A DNA stretch of 64,000 nt from positions 890 through 64,889 of IMG/VR virus record IMGVR_UViG_3300048536_000072; one strand, 5' to 3'. Source of the stretch: a virus. Taxonomy: Duplodnaviria; Caudoviricetes. The position numbers were made by a program, and so were the translations under genes. Below the pieces are notes generated by a model, which was given only the letters and a program-made list of their open reading frames with translations, had not been told where the DNA came from and did not search any database. Numbering within the stretch: the first letter of the stretch is position 1; each line of letters opens with the position of its first letter. Shown here one piece after another: positions 55,491 through 64,000 of the stretch.

Positions 55491-55799
55491 TTATTTTTTA
55501 CTATGAGCCTCTGCGTTTAAATCATGCACATGAAGTGCGATTAGGGCGTAATGAATAACCTTCATTAAATCAGCACGGTTGTGACCGTTCTTGTGACCAT
55601 ATCGTTGTGTATACTTGAGTATATTACCAAGAGTAAACCCGATACCATGCCCGCCGTCAATGATGAACTCAGTTGCTTGATATTTGTTCTTTGAATAATG
55701 CTGACTGTACGTCTTATTAACGTATTCCAATATGTCATCAAGATTCTCCTTCTCGTTGTATTTATATTCAATGTCATTTTTAGCCATTATATTCTCCAT
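55491..55799 (-). CDS. DUF3310-family protein (T7 gp1.7-like nucleotide kinase domain)
   Basis: HY...GNILKY..RYG.KNG...DL.K..HY. Confidence 0.75.
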   Translation of the reverse strand: MENIMAKNDIEYKYNEKENLDDILEYVNKTYSQHYSKNKYQATEFIIDGGHGIGFTLGNILKYTQRYGHKNGHNRADLMKVIHYALIALHVHDLNAEAHSKK

Positions 55800-55813
55800 G
55801 TTAAAGTAAGACC

Positions 55814-55842
55814 ATTATACCACAAAAATGTAATTGTGTCAA
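55814..55842 (-). promoter_or_regulatory. sigma70-type promoter
   Basis: TTGACA-17nt-TATAAT with extended TG. Confidence 0.75.
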
Positions 55843-56510
55843 TCACTTTCTATTTCTTCGATTAACATATCTCTCATGAGTTTTGCTTGTCGGTCTTTGG
55901 TGTCATTATTCGCAACACCACTATTTACAAATTTATATGCGAGAGTAATTCTTTCTCCACCAGCGTATGCGGAATGCCAACACAAATTCTCTGGTTCCTT
56001 ATGAGATCCAAAGTAGTAGTGTCTACACTGCCATCCTTTCACGTCTGGTATATGAACGATCTCGTTCTTCTTGTTGTCCCAGTAACGGAAGTATCCATTA
56101 CCATCACTCCAAGTAAATAAGACTTGGTACGCATTAGCATCCCAGTTGGTGTGCCAACCTACGTAACCGCCTGGCGAATAATAAGTCAACAATGCGGAAG
56201 TATGAGCGCCAATCTCTTTTGCGAAATCAAACTTAACTTTCTGTTTGAATGGTTCCCACTCTTCTGGTTCCTTACGTACCATAGCTGCAATAGGTTGACC
56301 GAAGTATCGATCTGGTGGCCCTACTAACTTATCACGAGAACGACATTCATCAAGATATTCCTGAGAACAAAAGTATTCTCCCTTTTCGATATCTTCTTTT
56401 TTTCTGAATGTCCAATACTTCTCGTTTGCGTAATCCTTATGTGAAAAGAACTCGTCCGAAATTTCATTCAGACGAGCCATAAATTCTGGATTACGAATTG
56501 TAACTTCCAT
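55839..56510 (-). CDS. 2OG-Fe(II) oxygenase-like protein
   Basis: YSPGGYVGWHTN...WHSA...RITL double-stranded beta-helix pattern. Confidence 0.6.
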   Translation of the reverse strand: MEVTIRNPEFMARLNEISDEFFSHKDYANEKYWTFRKKEDIEKGEYFCSQEYLDECRSRDKLVGPPDRYFGQPIAAMVRKEPEEWEPFKQKVKFDFAKEIGAHTSALLTYYSPGGYVGWHTNWDANAYQVLFTWSDGNGYFRYWDNKKNEIVHIPDVKGWQCRHYYFGSHKEPENLCWHSAYAGGERITLAYKFVNSGVANNDTKDRQAKLMRDMLIEEIESD

Positions 56511-56788
56511 TACACAATAAGACCTGAAGTTGCTTGATGGTATGCCTTAGTTACCTCTTCATTTGTTTGCGTAACAAACACAATACCTTGAGTGTAGAAA
56601 GACATTTCAGATGGGTTCTCTACACCAGTCACCGCAACACCACGTGCGAATCCCATACCCTCTTGGGTTTGAATTACCATACGAGGATCACTTAGAACAA
56701 ACGCACTAGCTCCACTATCTTTATACTTACCTACGAATTCGCCAGCACTTGAAATTACTGACACCACATCACCTTTTTTATAACTCAT
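56510..56788 (-). CDS. Sm-like conserved phage protein
   Basis: 92 aa ending AYHQATSGLIV. Confidence 0.6.
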   Translation of the reverse strand: MSYKKGDVVSVISSAGEFVGKYKDSGASAFVLSDPRMVIQTQEGMGFARGVAVTGVENPSEMSFYTQGIVFVTQTNEEVTKAYHQATSGLIV

Positions 56789-56791
56789 TAT

Positions 56792-57487
56792 TTACTCCTC
56801 TAAAGCTTTAATTACATCGGGAAAGTGTGTCCCGATAATGTCCCAACATTGATCTGCGACCAACATATGTTCTTTTTGTGTTCCGTTACCACGTCTTAAT
56901 TCACAGTAATGAATCCACGATCTTAATGATCCTGCCATATACAAAGTCGTCTCAGTGTTACCTTCTGGTAATACTGCACGTGCCTGTTCTTTAGCGATAC
57001 CATTATCTAGTGCCCATTTATATACCTCATTCGCCTTATTAATGGACTCACGTTGTTTCATGTTCCATTGTTCATACAGACGTTCATTGGTAGTCTTGTT
57101 ACCACCTTTACCGAAGTCATCCATCCCATTTAACTCAATAGAGTTTTGACGGTTCTTCGGATCTTGAAGTCGGGCCATTCTTGTTGTAAACGTTTCACTC
57201 TTTGCGTATCGTTGACTAAACTCTTGAAATGAAAACGAGCGATGACGAATAATCTGTCTAGAGATATCACGTGTTGTTGTGATCTCCATAGTAATATGAA
57301 CCATCTCCAGAGGTGACCAGTGATTCTCCTTAATCAAATAACGAACCAACTTGCCTGCTGTCTTCTTATTACTTTGATTACTAGGATTACTCACACGAGC
57401 CGCATATGCGACTAACTCTTCTGCGGTATGACAATCGGTCTCCGCACTTGGTTGACTCAAACAAACCAAACTTACTTTACTCATCAT
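56792..57487 (-). CDS. thyX: flavin-dependent thymidylate synthase
   Basis: HWSPLE, RHRSFSFQEFSQRY ThyX motif, EQARAVLP. Confidence 0.95.
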   Translation of the reverse strand: MMSKVSLVCLSQPSAETDCHTAEELVAYAARVSNPSNQSNKKTAGKLVRYLIKENHWSPLEMVHITMEITTTRDISRQIIRHRSFSFQEFSQRYAKSETFTTRMARLQDPKNRQNSIELNGMDDFGKGGNKTTNERLYEQWNMKQRESINKANEVYKWALDNGIAKEQARAVLPEGNTETTLYMAGSLRSWIHYCELRRGNGTQKEHMLVADQCWDIIGTHFPDVIKALEE

Positions 57488-57776
57488 CTGTCTCCTTGAC
57501 AAAAATTCCATCTACCATTCTACCCTTCCTATCCTTGATGTCAGCATATGCGACCTCCAGACAGTGTTCCAAGGGCAATCCATTACGTTTACATATATTA
57601 ATTAATACCACCATGATATCACCAATATCATCCGCAACATCCTTACCCTTACATACATTGTCGGATAGTTCTCCGACTTCTTGTATTAGTTTCAAGACTT
57701 GATCTTTATCCGTTGCACCCTCGATCAGATTACGATCAATGTGCCATTGTTCAATCTTCTCTATCAGTGTCTTCAT
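57477..57776 (-). CDS. mazG: MazG-like nucleotide pyrophosphohydrolase
   Basis: KLIQEVGEL...DDIGD; IKDRKG. Confidence 0.85.
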   Translation of the reverse strand: MKTLIEKIEQWHIDRNLIEGATDKDQVLKLIQEVGELSDNVCKGKDVADDIGDIMVVLINICKRNGLPLEHCLEVAYADIKDRKGRMVDGIFVKETDDE

Positions 57777-57942
57777 CTTCTGGTTCCTCATATTCAATGT
57801 CAATGTAACCTTGTTCTTGTAGTACTGCCACCGTGGCAATTGCACCTGTCTTAAATCCTAAATGATGACCTAAGTAATAAGCTCCTGCTAATAAGGCAGT
57901 CGATGATAATGCCAATTCTAATTCCGTAAATGGTATATACAT
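57751..57942 (-). CDS. small membrane protein
   Basis: Coupled to the gp41 stop; hydrophobic segment. Confidence 0.55.
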   Translation of the reverse strand: MYIPFTELELALSSTALLAGAYYLGHHLGFKTGAIATVAVLQEQGYIDIEYEEPEDEDTDRED

Positions 57943-59348
57943 TATTCCATCCTGAAGTTTTTAAAGTTTTCAGACCTAATACTCTTACCACTAGAAGTGT
58001 TATCGAATACAGGTTTGTCGTCCCATCCTTTATCCTGATCGTCATCATCTAATTCACTGGACTGATCACAATCAAATAACTTCATCTTGGATCTGTCAAC
58101 ACCAACCATGAACCTTTGATTACTGGTTGGATCGTTATATCTATTCTTCAACTGTTTGACCATGATCTTACCTTGGGCATTCAGTTCATCATTACTTATC
58201 AATGCAAACATAAAGTCTGCGGTAGCTGGTAGACCAAACGACTCAGACGTATCCTCCAGACCTAGATCATCATTACTGAAACCAGATCTAGTAGTCTGTG
58301 TAGCAGATACGATCGGTACGTTGAACTCTACTGCAAGTCCACGTAACTCTTCTGCAATACTCTTGATATAAGAATAAGAGTTAATTGAACCACCCATACC
58401 TTTCATTCTGGATGATGCACAAATATTTAGATAATCGATAAACACGATATCTGGTACAAAGTTCTTCTTGAGTTTCAACTCATTCAATAATGCACGGAAG
58501 TGATTCGCATGTGCCTGACCAGTAGGATATTCCTTGATGATCAGTTTACCATTAGTCTTCTCAGAGATTGCCTTGACACGATCGGTGAACATAGGTTTAG
58601 ATAAGTTCTCTAACTGATCAATCGCCACGTCCATCAAGTTCGCATCAATACGTTCTGCGATTCTTTCTTCTGCCATTTCCATAGTAATGTACAATGCATT
58701 CTTACCAGCGGATAGAGCAGCTCCCGCCACGTGACACATGTACAATGATTTACCAACACCAGTACCAGCAAGGGCAATGTTCAATGTCTTATTAGGTAAA
58801 CCACCTTTGGTGATCGCATTGAAATATTCTAGGTCAAACGGTAGACGTTCTTCTTGTTCATGATAGAACGCAAAACGTTCCTCAACATTTTCTAAGTAAT
58901 CGTGACCTACGTTGGTATCAAAAGAAACACCCAGTGCCTTACTCAGAACATCGGGGATCGCATTCTTGGATAACTCTTTGTGTTTACCGTCAATGATGGT
59001 AATAGACTCCATCACTGCATTATAGACGGCACGATCCTGACACCACTTCTCAGTAGTATCGATCAACCAGTCTAGGTTCTCTTCCTTCTTATCAAATATG
59101 TTAGGTAGGATTTCCATGGCGTGACGATATATTTCATCGTTCAATCTATCGCCTTGATCCACCTCAATCTTGAATGCTTCCATTGTAGGAAGTTTGTTGT
59201 ACTTTGCGATGAACAAAGTCAACTCTTTGAATAGTCCCTTATATACTCCTTCGAAGTAATCGGGTTCGAGAAAGGCCGCAACCTTTCTCATGTACTGATC
59301 GTTAGTCAGTAGATTCCGAAGAATCGTTTGTTCTAAATTTATCTCCAT
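57942..59348 (-). CDS. 41: replicative DNA helicase gp41 (DnaB-like)
   Basis: AGTGVGKS, ITMEM, IDYLNI, SATQTTRSG, SESFGLP, KNRY. Confidence 0.95.
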   Translation of the reverse strand: MEINLEQTILRNLLTNDQYMRKVAAFLEPDYFEGVYKGLFKELTLFIAKYNKLPTMEAFKIEVDQGDRLNDEIYRHAMEILPNIFDKKEENLDWLIDTTEKWCQDRAVYNAVMESITIIDGKHKELSKNAIPDVLSKALGVSFDTNVGHDYLENVEERFAFYHEQEERLPFDLEYFNAITKGGLPNKTLNIALAGTGVGKSLYMCHVAGAALSAGKNALYITMEMAEERIAERIDANLMDVAIDQLENLSKPMFTDRVKAISEKTNGKLIIKEYPTGQAHANHFRALLNELKLKKNFVPDIVFIDYLNICASSRMKGMGGSINSYSYIKSIAEELRGLAVEFNVPIVSATQTTRSGFSNDDLGLEDTSESFGLPATADFMFALISNDELNAQGKIMVKQLKNRYNDPTSNQRFMVGVDRSKMKLFDCDQSSELDDDDQDKGWDDKPVFDNTSSGKSIRSENFKNFRME

Positions 59349-59667
59349 AAGTATCATCCATCTCAGCAGTAGTTAATGTACCTTGAGCATATGACCGCTC
59401 TAAAATATCCTCAAGGATGTCAGCTGCGTGTTCCTGTAACGGAACAAATGTGGTACTGAGTTCTGGATCGGGTGAAGACATAATTCTGAAGTTGAACTTC
59501 AAACATTTATCTGCACCGTCAAAACTTACATTACCATAACGAATAACTGACTCTACGAAATCACCAGTAAGGATACGTACATCCCATGCCTGTTCGTTGT
59601 CAGCGTTAGCGGGGACTAACTCATAGTCAATCCCCTCACTAATTTTATCAATATCTATATCACGCAT
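59302..59667 (-). CDS. hypothetical protein in gp40 position
   Basis: Lies between uvsX and 41, where T4 has gene 40; similarity not verifiable. Confidence 0.5.
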   Translation of the reverse strand: MRDIDIDKISEGIDYELVPANADNEQAWDVRILTGDFVESVIRYGNVSFDGADKCLKFNFRIMSSPDPELSTTFVPLQEHAADILEDILERSYAQGTLTTAEMDDTYGDKFRTNDSSESTD

Positions 59668-60706
59668 CGCCTTCGACCATTATATCAAATTCTACCTCAG
59701 ATGGCAACCCTATTTGGAATTGTTTCTTTAAGAAGTCTTTGAAGTCGGTAGTCGCAAAGATTGGTTCCCAGAAAGATCTTTCCAGACATTCTTTTGCACG
59801 ATACTTTTTCTCTTCACCATTCCGTGAGTACCAACCGTTGGATGGTTTGACAACATATCCACCAGCCAATGCAACGTCCAGTAGTCCAGAGTATTTCTCA
59901 ACACCACCGTCCCACGATACACTGATTGGAATCTTGGATTGTTCTTTCACATAACGTGACTTGTCTACCTTAATCACAAAGTCATAACCAGTCACTTCAG
60001 TACCAGTCTTGTTCTGTCTACGACCAATGATCCAGATGTTATCTGCACTGTAGTAAATACCAGTACCACCTGAAACCACGTCTTTAGGAAACAGACCGAT
60101 CTCTTTGTACGTATGGTTGATCGCAATCATTGGGATCTTCTTCATATTCAGATACGGTGTAGTCATACGGAACAGAGACTTGAACGCCTTTGCACGTGAC
60201 ATATCCGCAACTGATTTCTCGTTGATCGCATCTTCCAGTTCTTTCTTAGATGCAAGGTTACCGACAGAATCGATTACGATAATTACATCGTCCTTGGCAT
60301 CCAGTGCTTCCAACTGATTGATCAGATCAAACTTGAGTTCTTCTACATCCTTGATCGGACAATGTAGAACACGGTCAGTTGGAATACCGAACTGTTCGAA
60401 GTATGATTGCGGTGAACCAAACTCTGAATCGTAGAATAACATGACTGAATCTTTCTTCTTTTCAAGATAAGCACCTGCCATCAATAACGCAAACGATGTT
60501 TTAAAGTGTTTACTTGGCCCTGCTAATACAGTTAAGCCAGGCGTCACACCACCCTCAGTTGAACCAGACAGTGCCACATTAATCATAGGCACATCGGTCG
60601 GAACCATGTCTACCTCTTGAAAGAACTTACTATCTTGGAGTACCGCAGTCTCTTTAATCTTAGACTGTTTTCTCAATTTATCCATTACACTCATACTATT
60701 CTCCAA
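59660..60706 (-). CDS. uvsX: RecA-like recombinase UvsX
   Basis: AGPSKHFKT, YDSEFG, IDSVGNL, DMSRAK, GGTGIYYSAD. Confidence 0.95.
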   Translation of the reverse strand: MENSMSVMDKLRKQSKIKETAVLQDSKFFQEVDMVPTDVPMINVALSGSTEGGVTPGLTVLAGPSKHFKTSFALLMAGAYLEKKKDSVMLFYDSEFGSPQSYFEQFGIPTDRVLHCPIKDVEELKFDLINQLEALDAKDDVIIVIDSVGNLASKKELEDAINEKSVADMSRAKAFKSLFRMTTPYLNMKKIPMIAINHTYKEIGLFPKDVVSGGTGIYYSADNIWIIGRRQNKTGTEVTGYDFVIKVDKSRYVKEQSKIPISVSWDGGVEKYSGLLDVALAGGYVVKPSNGWYSRNGEEKKYRAKECLERSFWEPIFATTDFKDFLKKQFQIGLPSEVEFDIMVEGDA

Positions 60707-61643
60707 ATGTTATATTGTTAACTTTTTCACGATCATCTTTTTCGTAGTCTTTACGATAGTTGTTATTGATACGGATAACTTCTTTAACCATCTCAATCTC
60801 ACTACCAACACCTTCAGAAAACTTCAAGAAGGCGGCGATGTCTTTAGGGAAACACGCACCCCCAAAACCACGTTTACCGTCATAGCCAGGCACTCGTGTA
60901 TGCCCAATTCCGACTCTACTATCTGCACCCATAGCACGTGTAATTATATTGTAACTACACTGATAGTTATTCACCAGATCATAGAACTGATTGAAGAACG
61001 TTACCTTGGTTGCAAGATATGTATTGATTCCATATTTCACAAATGATGCCTCATGAGCAGACATACGATAGAACTCACGTGTAGAACACAATGAGAAGAT
61101 ATCATAGATCTGTTCTAGTTCCGCAGTAGCGTTATCAAAACCACCTACTACGTGAAACTTGGCATCTACGAATTGTTCCTGTGCAGATTTCTCTGTAAGG
61201 AACTCTGGATTGTATACGAATCTCTCTGACTGTGCATCGGTCATACTATGGTATAGTCGATCGATTACATCTGGCGTAATTGTTGATTTGACAACAACAA
61301 GAGATTCGGTATGTCTCATAAGTTTGAGTACTGCATCTTCTACGATACTAGCATCAACCGTATGATTCTCACTCATTGGAGTAGGCGCACATACGAAAAC
61401 GCAATGTGCATCATAGTCCAACAAGTCATCGATCGTAGTCCCTATCTTAGGATCTATGATCTTCTTCTCCACCAACGGATTGGTGAATGCATAATCAACA
61501 GCACTACCCACAAACCCATGTCCAACAATACCTAGTCGGAATGGATTGCCTGGCCCGACAGGACGTTCCTTTTCATTTACAGGAACTTCTGTCGCACTTC
61601 GTTTATGACCTTTGGGTAGGTACTTGTCAAAATCATCTGCCAT
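60696..61643 (-). CDS. UDP-glucose/GDP-mannose dehydrogenase family protein
   Basis: GHGFVG, CAPTP, KSTI, YNPEFL, GFGGACFPKD; lacks the usual C-terminal domain. Confidence 0.85.
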   Translation of the reverse strand: MADDFDKYLPKGHKRSATEVPVNEKERPVGPGNPFRLGIVGHGFVGSAVDYAFTNPLVEKKIIDPKIGTTIDDLLDYDAHCVFVCAPTPMSENHTVDASIVEDAVLKLMRHTESLVVVKSTITPDVIDRLYHSMTDAQSERFVYNPEFLTEKSAQEQFVDAKFHVVGGFDNATAELEQIYDIFSLCSTREFYRMSAHEASFVKYGINTYLATKVTFFNQFYDLVNNYQCSYNIITRAMGADSRVGIGHTRVPGYDGKRGFGGACFPKDIAAFLKFSEGVGSEIEMVKEVIRINNNYRKDYEKDDREKVNNITFGE

Positions 61644-62589
61644 CGTGATACTCCACATACCATTTATAAAAATTATCGACACCTTCTTGGATGTCCATTT
61701 TCGGTGAGTAACCGAGCGCTTGAAGTTTTTCTGTATTACTCCAAGTCTCTAGTGTGTCTGCTGGATGTCTAGGTGCAAGATTAATATCTGCCTCCTCACC
61801 GCAACAAGTGTCACACGCATTCTTCTCGATTGCCTTCACAAAGTCCATCAACTCTACTTGTTGACCACGACCTATATTAAAGATTTCATTCGACTCAATA
61901 GAACTATCCTGTAGGATAATCTCGATTCCATCGAGGATGTCTTCCACGTAAGTGAAATCCCTCTTCATATCCCCATAATTATACACGTCTATGCGTTCAT
62001 TGGCAAGCATTTTCTTTGTAAATTGAAACAGTGCCATATCTGGTCGTCCCCAAGGGCCATAGACAGTGAAGAAACGGAGACCGACATTCTGAACGCCAGA
62101 TATGGCAAACTGTATCTCGTTGATATATTTTGTGTACGCATATGCGTTACGTTGTTTTGCAGTTACCAGATCTTCTGTCCATCCATTTTCTGGAACTGGA
62201 GTGTCACCATATACAGATGACGTTGTTGCGTAAATCACACGAACATCTCTACCCTTACATATCTCAATAAGGTTCTGTGTTCCATCAATGTTGTTAGAGT
62301 GGTAGTCTCTTTCCTTACCAAACGAATCACGAACGTTGGCGTGAGCCGCTAAGTGAATGACCTGTTCTGGTTGGAATGCATCAAAGATTGCCTTTGTGAC
62401 ATTGTAGTCTCTTAGATCACATACCTTGATATCTAATTCAAAGTGTTGAGTACGATCGATCTTTAACTGTGGATCATACAAATGATCGTTGTAGTTATCT
62501 ATTCCAAGTACGGTTGCGCCCTTGGATCTTAGTCTGTTCATTAATTGCGAACCGATAAATCCAGCCGCCCCTGTTATTAAAATTTTCAT
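61633..62589 (-). CDS. NAD-dependent nucleotide-sugar epimerase (UDP-glucuronate 4-epimerase-like)
   Basis: TGAAGFIG, YAYTK (YxxxK), RFFTVYGPWGRPDMA, RDFTY. Confidence 0.9.
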   Translation of the reverse strand: MKILITGAAGFIGSQLMNRLRSKGATVLGIDNYNDHLYDPQLKIDRTQHFELDIKVCDLRDYNVTKAIFDAFQPEQVIHLAAHANVRDSFGKERDYHSNNIDGTQNLIEICKGRDVRVIYATTSSVYGDTPVPENGWTEDLVTAKQRNAYAYTKYINEIQFAISGVQNVGLRFFTVYGPWGRPDMALFQFTKKMLANERIDVYNYGDMKRDFTYVEDILDGIEIILQDSSIESNEIFNIGRGQQVELMDFVKAIEKNACDTCCGEEADINLAPRHPADTLETWSNTEKLQALGYSPKMDIQEGVDNFYKWYVEYHDGR

Positions 62590-62603
62590 ATTACTGTCCT
62601 ATA

Positions 62604-63545
62604 TTATCCGTTTCTATATACGTATTCCAATGCTCTGTCCGCTTCTTTTGTCAGTGGTCTATTCTCATACCAGTTACCAGTTTCGGCATCAAACTGTTTA
62701 CACATCTCTGCGATCTGTTGTGCAGTTATTGGATACCCTTTACTTATAGCGTGGCCAGCTATCGCAACCATGATCTGATACATCTTATGATACCAACCTG
62801 TACCAGTAATGGTACGATATTCTATTCCTAGTCGTTTAGGGAAGAACGGACAATCATGATAACTTGACCAACTGTAGTTGGTATTGTCCATCTGTTTCTT
62901 GCGATGTTCGATTACTGCCTTCTGTAACTCTTCGGGTAATCTATCTAGGAAGTTGTTCCCAGACTTAACCTCATACTTATGTCGGGCCATAAGTTCGTCA
63001 CAATTAATAGGATTGCCAGTATGACTAAAGTAAAAGTTATTTGCGTTAGGATAGTCCGCAGGCACGTAATACATTCGAGCGAGATCTTTAGTTTGTGGAT
63101 CTCCGATCTCTCCAAGTTCTTTATTGAGTGCGTACCAAAAGTGTTTGATTCTATCTTGCGGTACAGAGTCATCAAGATCGAATACAAGTCTGAACTTCGG
63201 TTGATCAATCGATGAACTAGCAGTACTGTAACAAATAAAACTCCAACCACCAAACCGATTAACCAACTCATCTTTTATACCCTCTAAAGTGTTATCACGA
63301 AATTCATAGTCATCAACATCAACAGCACACCAATTGCCCCAATGAGTAACAGATTTATTACTACGTGTAGTATCTTCCTGAAACATAGCAGGAGTAATAA
63401 GAGGACTAGAGTTATTTCCACCTTTCTCACCTTTTTGTTTAGACAGTCCGAACAACAGATCATTGAATTGCTCCCATGTATCAACGGAGACTGTTCTATG
63501 AGTCTTGTTGTCAAACTGATTTTTAAATATAGTTAATTGATACAT
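62604..63545 (-). CDS. AEP/primase-polymerase-like protein
   Basis: AVDVDD, YSTASS, KFRLV, DPQTKD; C-terminal helical domain; start re-called at MYQLT. Confidence 0.6.
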   Translation of the reverse strand: MYQLTIFKNQFDNKTHRTVSVDTWEQFNDLLFGLSKQKGEKGGNNSSPLITPAMFQEDTTRSNKSVTHWGNWCAVDVDDYEFRDNTLEGIKDELVNRFGGWSFICYSTASSSIDQPKFRLVFDLDDSVPQDRIKHFWYALNKELGEIGDPQTKDLARMYYVPADYPNANNFYFSHTGNPINCDELMARHKYEVKSGNNFLDRLPEELQKAVIEHRKKQMDNTNYSWSSYHDCPFFPKRLGIEYRTITGTGWYHKMYQIMVAIAGHAISKGYPITAQQIAEMCKQFDAETGNWYENRPLTKEADRALEYVYRNG

Positions 63546-63552
63546 GTGGTCT

Positions 63553-63581
63553 ATTATACCATAATCAGATAAGATTGTCAA
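63553..63581 (-). promoter_or_regulatory. sigma70-type promoter, probably leaderless transcript
   Basis: TTGACA-17nt-TATAAT with extended TG, 7 nt upstream of the ATG. Confidence 0.75.
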
Positions 63582-63585
63582 CCCC

Positions 63586-64000
63586 CTAACCAAAGAAATC
63601 TTCGAGACTGGCTTTGGGTTCATCTTCCCAACCGACCGCATCTAGAATCGGGGTCAGTGGATCTAGGAATGTTTTGTTGAACATTTTGTCATAATCCACA
63701 TATTGATGCAGATCCAATTCCTTGGGTAGGTTGAGTGGATACGAGATCACGTTTTCACGTAGATGGTTAGGCATCTTTAGGTAAACAAACTTGACTTTCG
63801 ATCCATTCTTGATTAGTTCGTACCTTTTACTTAGACCTTTACTAACTACCGCATCGTTATACATCAACGCACCACGCACGTGGATTGGTGTGCCTTTGGT
63901 GTAGACAGTTTTCTTATCCGACCACTTGACCACGTCCGAGACCCCACGTGGAAACGAGATATCTTCGGGAGGCATCTTCTTGAACTCCGACTTGAAGTCA
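63586..64000 (-). CDS. 43: B-family DNA polymerase gp43, C-terminal part
   Basis: [23 protein letters not shown]-terminal clamp-binding LEDFF. Confidence 0.92.
   Translation of the reverse strand, partial: DFKSEFKKMPPEDISFPRGVSDVVKWSDKKTVYTKGTPIHVRGALMYNDAVVSKGLSKRYELIKNGSKVKFVYLKMPNHLRENVISYPLNLPKELDLHQYVDYDKMFNKTFLDPLTPILDAVGWEDEPKASLEDFFG

Noticed and set aside
55759-55766. TATAAATA inside the DUF3310 gene
   Set aside because: Intragenic and explained by EYKY codons; no nearby start, so not called as a promoter
27824-64000. Introns or inteins in nrdA, nrdB, thyX, 41 or uvsX
   Set aside because: The ORFs are continuous and of normal length; the extra NrdA segment is a glutaredoxin, not an intein
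1-64000. Stop-codon reassignment
   Set aside because: Core genes translate intact with the standard code, and TAA, TAG and TGA all end genes
1-64000. Assignment as a cyanophage or to a specific host
   Set aside because: No photosynthesis or other host-diagnostic genes occur in this window; the host cannot be fixed from the sequence alone

Overview
A 64-kb segment of a large, AT-rich T4-like (Tevenvirinae/Kyanoviridae-like) myovirus, probably aquatic and infecting a heterotrophic Gram-negative host. Almost all genes are on the minus strand. Core genes: gp43 DNA polymerase C-terminus, UvsX, gp41 helicase, ThyX, MazG, NrdA (glutaredoxin-fused)/NrdB, PhoH, GroES, M15 endolysin, DenV-like glycosylase and one tRNA-Arg(ACG). 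Accessory content: a large glycosyltransferase/methyltransferase/carbamoyltransferase/radical-SAM island, and clusters of small early genes behind repeated consensus sigma70 promoter cassettes. The most notable items are four. (1) A late-promoter operon encoding CsgF, CsgG, two curlin-like proteins, a FecR protein and a CHASE2 adenylate cyclase, possibly a phage trans-envelope cAMP signalling system. (2) A late cluster whose proteins nearly all begin with a T4 capsid-targeting-like peptide, including a ligase-like enzyme, an HxGH nucleotidyltransferase, a nuclease-like protein and an apparent polyprotein, suggesting an injected enzyme payload. (3) Unannotated structured RNA candidates: a pseudoknot plus SD-sequestering leader before a 20-aa YRGV peptide, and a kissing-loop element. 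(4) Sugar-nucleotide enzymes at the position where T4 keeps its DNA-modification genes. All family calls are from motif recognition by eye; no database searches were run.
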